A DNA stretch of 35,390 nt, from NCBI RefSeq assembly GCF_001194135.2, contig NC_068986.1, positions 39,808,994-39,844,383 of the forward strand. Reading direction: 5' to 3'. A program made the translations under genes and the position numbers. The DNA comes from Octopus bimaculoides (Eukaryota). The stretch's first letter is position 1, and each line of letters opens with the position of its first letter. Positions 11,145 to 20,640 of the stretch are shown here, one piece after another. The notes under the pieces were generated by a model. That model made no database searches. It worked only from the letters and a program-made list of their open reading frames with translations, and was not told where the DNA came from.

Positions 11145-11488
11145 TTATTCCATCGGTCTCTTTTGCCTAACTGCTGTGATATAAGGATGTAAACAAATTA
11201 ACACCGGTTATGAGGCGAGAGTGATGGGGACAATAAAAAAAAAACAGATACACACACACAAGTACGTATATGTATGTGTGTGTGTGTGTGTGTGTGTATA
11301 CGACAGGTTTCCACACAGCTTCCGTCTACCAGATTTACTCACAAAATACGAGTCGGCCAGGCGCTTTAGTAGATGATACTTACCCCCAAACCCACGACAA
11401 GCAGTACCACCAAAGTACCGCGCAGTAGGACTGAACCAAAAAGCACAGGGCTGCAAAGCGGAGTTTTTTAACCACTCAGCCATGTCTG
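11145..11488 (-). mobile_element. SINE family B, diverged
   Basis: Reverse complement gives catggctgagtggttaaaaaactc...ggttcagtcctactg...tctggtagacggaagc...gtcgtata(CA)n...gcaaaagagaccgatggaataa. Confidence 0.8.
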
Positions 11489-12452
11489 ATTCTACAAGCA
11501 AACTTTTGATAATTGTAGCGCTGGAACTAGATTACTTTCTATCAAGAATCATGCACACAAGACTTTTTCGACACTAAAAGAAATCATAAACATGTGTCCA
11601 CTTGATGGACAATTCTACTAGATTCCAAGTGATAACCAGTCAATCAATTGTCATGTTAGATTATTGTACTGACAGGCAAGACAAAGATGATATTGGGTTA
11701 TATATATTTTTCAATTACTGCTAGAAATGAATACAATTATAAGAGAAAACAGAGAAACTGACCATCAAACTTGTCAACAAGAAATACATGAAAAATATTC
11801 AACTATTATTTCATATATAAATGCTGCCAGCGAAATCCACACACATACAAACACATACGCATATGCATACATGCATACATACACATGCGTAGATTTATAT
11901 ATATGCACTTGTATATATGTTTGTTATGTTTGAATATCATATGTATTGGGCGGATAAGCATAGATTTTGTTGGTAAGTGTAAATGTGTATGTATGTATCT
12001 ATGTGTTATGGGTACGTGTGTTTGTGTGTGTGTGTATGTGAGCGTTTGCGAGGGCGCGTGTGTTAATCATATTGATTCGAACGAAATATGAATGAGAGAA
12101 ACGAAGTTGAATCGTTTTGACAGAAACTAAAGGCATTTCCTTTTTCTAAGAAAAGAGATGTTGAAATGCTGTGAGTTTCATGCTTTTCTTCAAGACTTTA
12201 CCGATGAAAAGTGAACAAAATCTCATAATTTCTGAAATTAAACCGCTTACGCCACAAATCCATAATGCAAAGCCTGGACGTCAAAACATCCTAAATCTTC
12301 TCATCTAAAACGATAAGATCTTCGTATGATATGATGGTAGAATCTCGAAGTCAGAGAAATACGGTTCTGCAATTTCTTGCTGAAAAACCTTCACAAATAA
12401 TTTGTTGAAGGTGATCAAAAGTATGTGCTGCACAATAGCTCATTCCCGCCAT

Positions 12453-12625
12453 TAAATCGATGTTGCCTGAACGGGTGCATTGTGTACCTCACATCTGGTG
12501 TCGGAAATGATCGCAGAGCAACGTGAGGTGAAGCGTTTTGCTCATGAACATAACACACCGTCGCCCGGTCCAGGAATTGACATCACGATCTCGTGATCGT
12601 GAATGCAGCAGCCTAATCTCTAGAC
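12453..12625 (-). mobile_element. tRNA-derived SINE family C-like, diverged
   Basis: Reverse complement contains gtcaattcctggaccgggcgac...tgagcaaaacgcttcacctcacgttgctc, aligning with 12661-12780 and 17071-17200. Its 3' part differs from theirs. Confidence 0.7.
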
Positions 12626-12660
12626 TTTTCGACTTCACACCTTCATATTAGTACATTGTG

Positions 12661-12900
12661 CAGGTGCGTGGCTAAGTGGTTAGGAGTGTTACACTCGTGA
12701 TCGTAAGATTGCGGTTTCGATTCTTGGACCGAGCGATGGGTTGTATTCTTGAGCAAAATAACTTCATTTCACGTTGCTCCAGTTTACTCAGCATGTAAAA
12801 ATTAGTTATCCTACGACAGACCATTGTCTCGTCCAGCGGTGGTGGGGAATGCATACGTCACAGAATCCGGAAAAATCGGCCTTATGAGCCTATGATTCGG
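12661..12900 (+). mobile_element. tRNA-derived SINE family C
   Basis: A-box TGGCTAAGTGG, B-box-like GGTTTCGATTCT, then ttgagcaaaataacttcatttcacgttgctccagtttactcagc. Confidence 0.8.
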
Positions 12901-12916
12901 GACAAACTTTTGATGT

Positions 12917-13108
12917 TTTTTTGGCACAAGGCCAGCAGTTACAGAGTAGGGAGTAAGTCAATTACATTGACTCCAGTGATCAACTGGTACTTATTTTATA
13001 GATCCCGAAAGGATGAAAGGCAAAGTCGGCGGGATTTTAACTCAGAACGTAAAGACAGATGAAATGCCGTTAAGCTTTTATTCCCACGTGCTAACGATTC
13101 TGCCAGCT
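12917..13108 (-). mobile_element. SINE family A (GTGCCAAAA tail type)
   Basis: ttggcacaaggccagcag...gatcccgaaaggatgaaaggcaaagtc...ctcagaacgtaaagac...ctaacgattctgccagct. Confidence 0.85.
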
Positions 13109-13114
13109 ATTACT

Positions 13115-13320
13115 GGCTTCGAATTTTAACAAAACGCCAGAAATCTCGGGTAAGAGGCTATGTCGGTTAAATCAACCCCACTGTTCAACTGGTATTTATT
13201 TTTATTAATTCCGAAAGCATGAAAAGCAAAGTCAATCTCGATGGGATTTGAACGCAGAACGTAAAGACGGACGAAATGCCACTAAGCATTTAACCCGGCG
13301 TGCTAAAGATTCTGCCAGCT
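13115..13320 (-). mobile_element. SINE family A, second tandem copy
   Basis: ccgaaagcatgaaaagcaaagtc...gatttgaacgcagaacgtaaagacggacgaaatgcc...tctgccagct. Confidence 0.8.
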
Positions 13321-13340
13321 ATTAATTATCACGTTTACAA

Positions 13341-13482
13341 CAATAGCGTAGCTGGGGATGGTTCTCTGCGTGTGACACTTTTATGAGGCAGCCTGCTATA
13401 TAAGCCTGTATAGGGGACGGGGAGATGAGACGCGGTAAAATCAAGAGCTGCTCTGGGTGGCACACACTATAGCTGTGCCTCG
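13341..13482. mobile_element. Possible short decayed MITE
   Basis: The ends caatagcgtagctgg and ctatagctgtgcctcg are imperfect inverted repeats resembling CAGTGGCGTAGCT/AGCTACGCCACTG-type termini. No TSD is resolved. Confidence 0.3.
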
Positions 13483-13826
13483 GAGTTTTACTACATGACA
13501 AAGATGTGTACAACATTGCCTTTTGTGAATGTAGAATTATTTTTGTGTGCAACGGTTAGTTTTGCTTTGTTGGTGACTTTCTAATGTGTTTCTGATACTC
13601 CGTAAGTGTTTCATTTGTTTGTTTGCATAAAATGTGTTATAAGAGTCGTGTTATTTTCTTGAGTGTTTGAGGTTTGTTTGAAATTAATATATTTAAATAA
13701 ATATTAGAACAGACATTTTGCAGCTATGGCAAGACATTTCTTAACAACGAACACATTTACCAACAGATATATGCCAGGTGTTGCAAAACACACGCAATTC
13801 AGTTTTTGCTAAGAGCATTAGATATT

Positions 13827-13911
13827 GGCTGTATGGTTAAGAAATACGCTTTGAAACCGCTTGATTTCGAGATCAGTCCTCCTGCGTGACATCATGGGAA
13901 GTGTCTTCAGC

Positions 13912-13963
<52 letters not shown>

Positions 13964-14132
13964 TGTGTCTGCCTTTGTATTTGTCTATTAACGCTTTACA
14001 ACCGGTGATGGTTAATATGTGCTCACCTAAACATAGTGGTTCAGCAAAAAGAGAACGTTATAAATTCCATATTTAGAACTTAGTACTGGCATGGCAGCAG
14101 TCCAATGACTGAAACAAGTAAAAGATAAAAAC
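13827..14132 (+). mobile_element. SINE family B with expanded internal (GT)n
   Basis: Head ggctgtatggttaagaaa, (GT)n at about 13914-13961, 3' end catggcagcagtccaatgactgaaacaagtaaaagataaaa as at 2900-2948. Confidence 0.8.
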
Positions 14133-14140
14133 AATAGAAA

Positions 14141-14520
14141 CAAAAGCACTCAGAGAGCGCAAGCCTCCGCCAAGGCAAGCCAGTGTCCTCTCAACAATTA
14201 GCCAGAGAATATTTTTAAAATGAGAATATCTGAAATAAACTCGGCTGCTCTCACAAACGAGGATACTAAAAATGAACCCGACCGCTCTCAAAAATTAAGC
14301 AACAAAAAAAAAAGAAGAAAAAATGGAAAAATAATCCAGAATTCTTGTCCGGTACCGGATCGATCCCAAAATCTAATCAGTTCGTGCCAGTTATGAGGCC
14401 TAACATCCCTGAAATTTTTATCCGAATCCATCCAGCGGTTCTTGAGATATCTTGTCCACGGACGAACAAACAAACACGACTGAAACAATACCTCCGCCTT
14501 TGCTAAGGTGGCGGTAATAA
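14141..14520 (-). mobile_element. Non-autonomous Helentron/DINE-1-like (HINE-type) element
   Basis: Minus-strand start TTATTACCGCCACCTTAGCAAAGGCGGAGGTA (hairpin 14489-14516), internal (TTTG)n, end CCTTGGCGGAGGCTTGCGCTCTCTGAGTGCTTTTG. CCTCCGCC occurs near both ends (14164 and 14491). It sits in the A-rich tail of the preceding SINE. Confidence 0.6.
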
Positions 14521-14904
14521 ATGGAAGGTGGAGCAAAAACGTACTACGTACACTATATTAAAACAGGTCAATAATTTAGTATACAATACATATAAGGCAA
14601 TCCTACCCGAAAAGAGTGATAAGTCGCCATCCGGTTATGTTCTGACTTATGTTCGGGGCTCTGCAACATAGTGCTTCTGAGTAGCCCGTGGTCTTGTTTA
14701 GCGTTGACAAAGGCAAAAATACGCCCAATTTTATGTATTATTTCATTTTATTTTTATTTATTGCCGAACTCTGCTCATAAAATAATGGTGTAGTTTTCTC
14801 TCTAGAATAAAATGATTGGGAGCTGTTTGGACACTGACGATTTGACACGGTTGACTGGATAGTCAGACTGTTTTAGCGATGGTACTTTATGGTGCTTGAG
14901 GCAA

Positions 14905-15081
14905 ACACATACACACACGCATACACACATACACGCATACACACATACACGCATACACACATACACGCATACACTCAAGCAACCACGTGCACGTGCTAGC
15001 AGAAATGTACACATACAGAGAAAGTGAGAGAGGGAGAGAAGCATTACACATACATACAAACAGAATCAGATGCTCACAAAC

Positions 15082-15177
<96 letters not shown>

Positions 15178-15185
15178 AGAAGAAG
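14905..15185. repeat. 16-bp ACACGCATACACACAT repeats, then long (GA)n and (GAA)n
   Basis: About four copies of the 16-mer at about 14905-14975, and pure (GA)n at about 15086-15173. Confidence 0.9.
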
Positions 15186-15399
15186 GAAAGAGAGAAGCAT
15201 TAAAATGTTTGATGTTCAAAAATCAGCGTCGAATCAGCGACGCCGAAAAGGCGAAACAAAAACGTCACATACTCTTTATCGTTTAGATGTTCTATAATCA
15301 TGGTTTCCCATATCCTCTGCAATCAACACTAGTTAACCTGTTTGTGGTTCTGGGAGCCATCAAGCTCAGGCAGTCAAGGAGGATTGGTGCCTTTTAACT

Positions 15400-15900
15400 T
15401 CTCACTTACCTTTTGTTAGGGCTCGTTCCAGTTTACCTCTTTTTTCCATTTTTAATGTCTCCGACTTTTTTCTCTTTCCTCCGTTATTCTACGTAGTCTC
15501 CAGTCCTGTGTTCAAAAATGAAAGTTTTCATTTTCTCCGTGAACTACCAAGTTGTCGGCTCCTGGCGCTACACTAAGGATAAGGCGATTTTGTTTGCTTG
15601 GCTTTTGTCCTGGCTTTTTTTCTTTTCTGGGCTGCGTTAGGAGGTGTTCTGGAAAAAGCAATAATAACACCAGGATCTTTGCGTTTGGAGTCTGCTGCTA
15701 TTGTTACCTCTGCTGCTGTCTTCCATCATTTTTATTCTGCTGTTCCTCGTCTAAGCAGAAATTCCCTCGAATAGCCTTTACTACCACATGTGTAGCAACT
15801 GGATCTTCTACTCTGCCACCAATTTGATTGAAGTTCTTTCTGCTCGCTTATCAACAGGATTTCAGTGTGCTTGTAGACCCAGTGAAACTACATTCTGTTG
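15400..15900 (-). mobile_element. Decayed gag/ORF1 fragment with CCHC zinc-knuckle relic
   Basis: The minus strand reads SSCYTCGSKGYSR and, after a one-base frameshift, NFC. This fits C-x2-C-x4-H-x4-C with H>Y (CAT>TAT). There are several stops downstream. Confidence 0.5.
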
Positions 15901-16343
15901 CAGGTTATCTCCGCAACAACACGGAAGAGAATTGTAGAAAACTGAAACAAACCAGATCACCTGTGCAAATGCATCTTTTGAAGAGTTGTTATTTCCGTGG
16001 AAATATTCTGAGATATGATCTCACTTAGTCCACGATTCAACTTGTCTTAAGTATAAGAAAAAGGGTTACTTTTCAAAGGTTCATAGACCTGTAGAATGGA
16101 CCTATGAAAGATCTATTCCATGTATACTGGTCTGAATACTCGCTGTGTAAAAAGGAAAAAAATATCTCTATCATTGACTTAGCCGCTCGCAGCATTTCTC
16201 TAAAAGACTTCGTTGATATGAATAGTTATTAAAATTTTATCTCTAAATCAGTTGAACATAACCAAGAGTTGCTAATTAAAAACTATAATTTATATTAATT
16301 AAATATAAAGGTGCATTTAATTATTTTTACTTCCCCAGTTTAG

Positions 16344-16541
16344 AATTACTGGTTTCAAATTTTGGCACAAGGCCGGCAATTTCGCGTGCGGAATGTCGAT
16401 TATATCAACTCCGGTATTCGATTGATACTTATTTTATCAACCTCCGAAACGATGACAAGCAAAGTCGGCCTCGGCTGCGTTTAAACTCAGAACATAAGGA
16501 CGGACGAAATTATCGCTAAGCATTTTGCCAGCTCGCCGCCC
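16344..16541 (-). mobile_element. SINE family A with internal deletion
   Basis: ggtttcaaattttggcacaaggcc...gcaaagtcggcctcggc...ctcagaac...gcattttgccagctcgccgccc. Confidence 0.85.
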
Positions 16542-17070
16542 TACCCCCACCACAGTCTAGAAATGTCGTGAACGAGATTTAAAGGTAAGAGACCTCCTAA
16601 ACATCTTAATACGTTTCCTCGTACAATCTGACAACATCTCAGACGTTATTCTTGGAATCCCTTCCATTTAATTACTTTTTCTTTTAGCAAACTTCGTCTG
16701 GATGTTTGCTCTCTGGACTCGCTAGATATCGATCTTCTGAGAGTTTCCTATATGTTGATGCTGGATATTTAAGTCTGTAATTACGAAATCTCGTGAGTGA
16801 AAGTCATCTGATGCCGAGTTTATTAGATCGGAATGGAATAGGATGCTCAATGATGAGATCCGAACCAAGTAATACACTTTGGCGAGCACAAATACATGTC
16901 TTTACAAATAGTGAGCTAAAGGAAATAACTTAAGTGGGCCAGTGGTATAGATATTACAAGTAGGTGGTCGTATACTGACAAGAAATCTATATGATTTGAA
17001 TCTTGCATTTTCGTTGGAGAAAGGAACCAAAACTTCAGAGCATCAGTTGATGGTCGACAAGAAATATTGT

Positions 17071-17250
17071 GGAGGGGCGTGGCTTAGTGGTTAGGGTGTT
17101 GGACTCATGTTCGGAAGATTGTGGTTTCGATTCCTGGACCGGGCAACACGCTGTGTCCTTGAGCAAAACACTTAATTTTATGTTGCCCCAGTCTACTCAG
17201 CTGGCAAAATTGAGTAATCCTGCGACGGTCCTGCTCAAGTGGAGAATTTT
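17071..17250 (+). mobile_element. tRNA-derived SINE family C
   Basis: A-box TGGCTTAGTGG (17080-17090), B-box GGTTTCGATTCC (17123-17134), CORE-like gtccttgagcaaaacactt. Confidence 0.85.
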
Positions 17251-17254
17251 AGTC

Positions 17255-17557
17255 GAGTGTATCGACCTCTGTAGTTCTATCGGTATCTTTTGCCGAACCA
17301 CTAGGTTACGGAGACGTAAGCAAACCAGCATAAGTTGTCGACCGCTGGTGAGCAACAAGCACAACACAAAGACATACATGTACACTGACATTCAACGGGC
17401 TTCCTTACAGTTTCCTTCAACCGAATTCATTCACAAGGCATTGGTCGTCTCGAGGTTATAGTAGAAGACATATGTCCAAGGTGTTGCACAGTGGGACTGA
17501 ACCTAAAACTACTCGTCTGCAAAGCGAGTTTCTTAACCTTAACCACACAGCCATGCG
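17255..17557 (-). mobile_element. SINE family B, tail-to-tail with the preceding SINE
   Basis: Reverse complement: catggctgtgtggttaag...ggttcagtcccactgtgcaacaccttggacatatgtcttctactataacc...ttcggcaaaagataccgatagaac. Confidence 0.85.
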
Positions 17558-17629
17558 AGAAAAATATCGCGGGATAAGCGAAATAAATTCCTGTGAATGA
17601 ACATAAAACCTCTTTGCCAAGTTCGGCTC

Positions 17630-17990
17630 GCCGGATGCTTAGCGTTCTCTTCGACCTTGTATTATTGCTGACATTGCTTTACCTCAGCCTCAGTACTACT
17701 TTTATCAAAAAGACTAAGAGCATAGATGTTTCCTTCATGACTATCCTGCCATTTTGTATATCGGAGAAACAATACATTATGCAAGAAACTGGTGGAGAAG
17801 CAGGAATAAAATATCCAGCAATCTCCTTCTCTGGAAACCCTTGGGTATCGGAAGATCGAGAAGAGCATATATAAATCAACTTGTGGAAGACACTGTTTAT
17901 AAAGTTAAGGATATGTAGACTGCTATGGAAGATTAAGGTATCTGGTGTGGAAAAGTTGAGTTAGTCCGGGCAAGTCATTCGACCGTACTA
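17630..17990 (+). mobile_element. RTE-clade LINE 3' end (decayed ORF C-terminus)
   Basis: Frame from 17775 reads WWRSRNKISSNLLLWKPLGIGRSRRAYINQLVEDTVYKVKDM*TAMED*GIWCGKVELVRASHST. This fits the recalled RTE C-terminal pattern (LLLW.P..G...GR...YIDQL..DT...AM.DR..W...V..RA). It ends in (TA)n. Confidence 0.75.
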
Positions 17991-18303
17991 ATATATATAT
18001 ATATANNNNNNNNNNNNNNNNNNNNNNNNNNNNNNNNNNNNNNNNNNNNNNNNNNNNNNNNNNNNNNNNNNNNNNNNNNNNNNNNNNNNNNNNNNNNNNN
18101 NNNNNNNNNNNNNNNNNNNNNNNNNNNNNNNNNNNNNNNNNNNNNNNNNNNNNNNNNNNNNNNNNNNNNNNNNNNNNNNNNNNNNNNNNNNNNNNNNNNN
18201 NNNNNNNNNNNNNNNNNNNNNNNNNNNNNNNNNNNNNNNNNNNNNNNNNNNNNNNNNNNNNNNNNNNNNNNNNNNNNNNNNNNNNNNNNNNNNNNNNNNN
18301 NNN

Positions 18304-18538
18304 TGTGTGTATGTATGTATTTATGCATGTATGTATGTATGTATGTATATGTGTGTGTGTATGTATGTATGTATGTATTATGTATGTATGTATGTATGTA
18401 TGCATGTATGTATGTATGTATGTATGTATGTATGCATGTATGTATGTATGTGTATACACGTAAAAATAGATAGACAGATATACAGACAGACAGACAGAAG
18501 ACATACATACATACAGACAGACAGACAGACAGACAGAC

Positions 18539-18596
<58 letters not shown>
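18304..18596. repeat. (TATG)n, (GACA)n and (TAGA)n tetranucleotide arrays
   Basis: Consecutive TATG, CAGA and TAGA runs read directly. Confidence 0.95.
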
Positions 18597-18597
<1 letters not shown>

Positions 18598-18787
18598 ACG
18601 GACTTCCAGTATATTCTAATGGCATTGTCCTATGTATTTTTAGAAGAGTAGGGCGTGATTTGAAATGTGATTATATCTGTCTCATATTGTTTGTTATTCA
18701 AGCGACGGTGTAGTGACTCCCACGTTGGTGCATTGCAACATGTGTGCATTATAGGAATAAGTAGGCTAGGTCGCCGGTACAAACAAC

Positions 18788-19468
18788 GGATCTTGTTCAA
18801 AACGGGGGCACCAGTATTTTCTTAACGAAACACTTTGAAACTTGGGACACTGGTAGAATGTGTCATATAAAACATCTTTTTCTCTTAGTCTTCTTAACAA
18901 AAAAACGTACATCGCAAGTTATTTCATGTTAAAGTTGTCGTATTTCTGTAATTTCAACCAATGACTGACGTCCATTCAGCCGAATTCATTAAGTGCTGAC
19001 TACGTAAACAAACGATTCTGAAACGATTCTGGCGGTGATAAAATTATTATTTCCTTGTCAAAAAATGGCTGAAGCATATTGGCAGTAGCTAATAAACCTT
19101 TCTATTATAGGCACAAGGCCTGGTTTTTGAGGGAAGGAGCAAGTCAATTAGGGTTAAGGTTAGGGTTAGGGAAAACGAACACACGTGTGTTGCCTCTGCA
19201 AAATGTCAGAAGTAATGGAGATTAAATACGCTTTACACCGCTTAAACTGCCAAAGGAGTAAGTGTAAACAGCTGAATACTTGTCAGTGATTGGTTAAAAT
19301 TATCGAAATAAGACAATTTTTTTTACATGAAATAAATTCGAATACAAAAATTTTTTTCTGTTCTATAACACAAAATAGATAAGTATACGAAGTTTGAAAG
19401 TCTTTCGGTACCAAAAACACTACATAAAACATAAATGAAAACTGGTGCCCCCGTTTTGAACAAGATCC
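18788..19468. mobile_element. MITE with perfect 28-bp TIRs and near-perfect 8-bp TSD
   Basis: GGATCTTGTTCAAAACGGGGGCACCAGT (18788-18815) and its exact reverse complement (19441-19468). Flanks are caaacaac (18780-18787) and caaataac (19469-19476). No coding capacity. Confidence 0.92.
19090..19150 (-). mobile_element. 5'-truncated SINE family A tail inside the MITE
   Basis: Reverse complement taattgacttgctccttccctcaaaaaccaggccttgtgcctataatagaaagg matches the 3' end of 10657-10867. Confidence 0.7.
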
Positions 19469-20019
19469 CAAATAACAAACTTCCTGTTTTTAAAGAAAGG
19501 CATGCTTTTCCCTTGGTAGGGAGTGAACATCTGCTAACAAAATATTCGGTAGTTTTACAGAGTTGTTGCTGCTTGCAGTAATGGAGAACCATACAATCTG
19601 TACACAAATCACAGTAAGAGATGGTAGCATCGGCTATTGAGATTTAATTTGGCAACTGGTGCAATGCACGAACGCAGGCTGACACCACACACATATACAC
19701 ACTCACGCACAAACAAACAAACAAACAAGTATAGAAACCATGAGTAATATATAGAATGAGTAATATACAACGTATAATGTGACTCTAGATATACAGAAAC
19801 CTCAAGAGCGGGAGCGAAGAACAAATGAAAGCCACGACCTAAATATAATTGACCCTGGGTTTATTCTGTTAGGAGTGACTCGGGGATAAATAACAAGGCA
19901 TAGATGATATTATAATTACGTAAGAAAATTGATAGTTCGCATATACGTTACAAATATAATACATTTTTTAATTTCTCAAATATAATGATATACATACATA
20001 CATACATATATTCCCCAGC

Positions 20020-20150
20020 TTTCACACAATTATTCGAACTCAAATATTTCCTCACACTGTCTCTGATGAAGGGATATCTATAATATCCCAGAAACAACTG
20101 TTATACTATTCCATTATAAATGTCCTGAAAACTCCTCACAGCCTTGGATT
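20020..20150 (+). mobile_element. Penelope-like pLTR remnant with degenerate hammerhead motif
   Basis: CTGATGA (20063-20069), A, GGGATAT-ctata-ATATCCC, A, GAAAC-aact-GTT. Stem I is only partly paired. Confidence 0.6.
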
Positions 20151-20169
20151 TCTGATCTCATTCGGTCTA

Positions 20170-20248
20170 ATATGTATGTGTGTGTGTGTGTATGTGTGTA
20201 TGAGTGTGCGCGTGTGTGTGTATGCGTGCGCGTGTGTGTATGTGTACA

Positions 20249-20329
<81 letters not shown>

Positions 20330-20640
20330 ATATATATGTGTATGTGTGTGTGTGCGCATGTGTATGTATGTGTATGTGTGTGTATTTATATATGTACAGA
20401 CTTACATACATATGCACACACACACTCATACACACACTTGCTTCTGATAAATACTAATAAAATATATACATATACTCATATTTTGAGTTCTATTTTTCAT
20501 ATTTGCATCACGAAACCTATATATAAATACACACATACATACATACATGCATACATACACACACACACATATATATAGACATACATACATACATACGTAC
20601 GTATGTACATACATACATACATACATACATACATAAATGT
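20170..20640. repeat. Compound (TG)n/(TA)n/(CATA)n microsatellite field
   Basis: Pure (TA)n at about 20257-20320, with CATA runs to about 20635. Confidence 0.95.

Noticed and set aside
15228-15275. GA-C-GCC-gaaaa-GGC-GAAAC...GTC resembling a hammerhead 3' half
   Set aside because: The 5' box reads TCAGCGA rather than CTGANGA, and there is no stem I.
16560-17000. Possible decayed LINE coding sequence on the minus strand
   Set aside because: Only short open stretches, with no motif I could recognise.
17071-17145. tRNA gene (good A and B boxes)
   Set aside because: The sequence continues into a SINE body shared with 12661-12900, and no complete cloverleaf is evident. It is a tRNA-derived SINE head.
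19151-19171. Interstitial telomere or chromosome-fusion scar
   Set aside because: It is only about three TTAGGG-like units and lies inside a TIR-bounded element.
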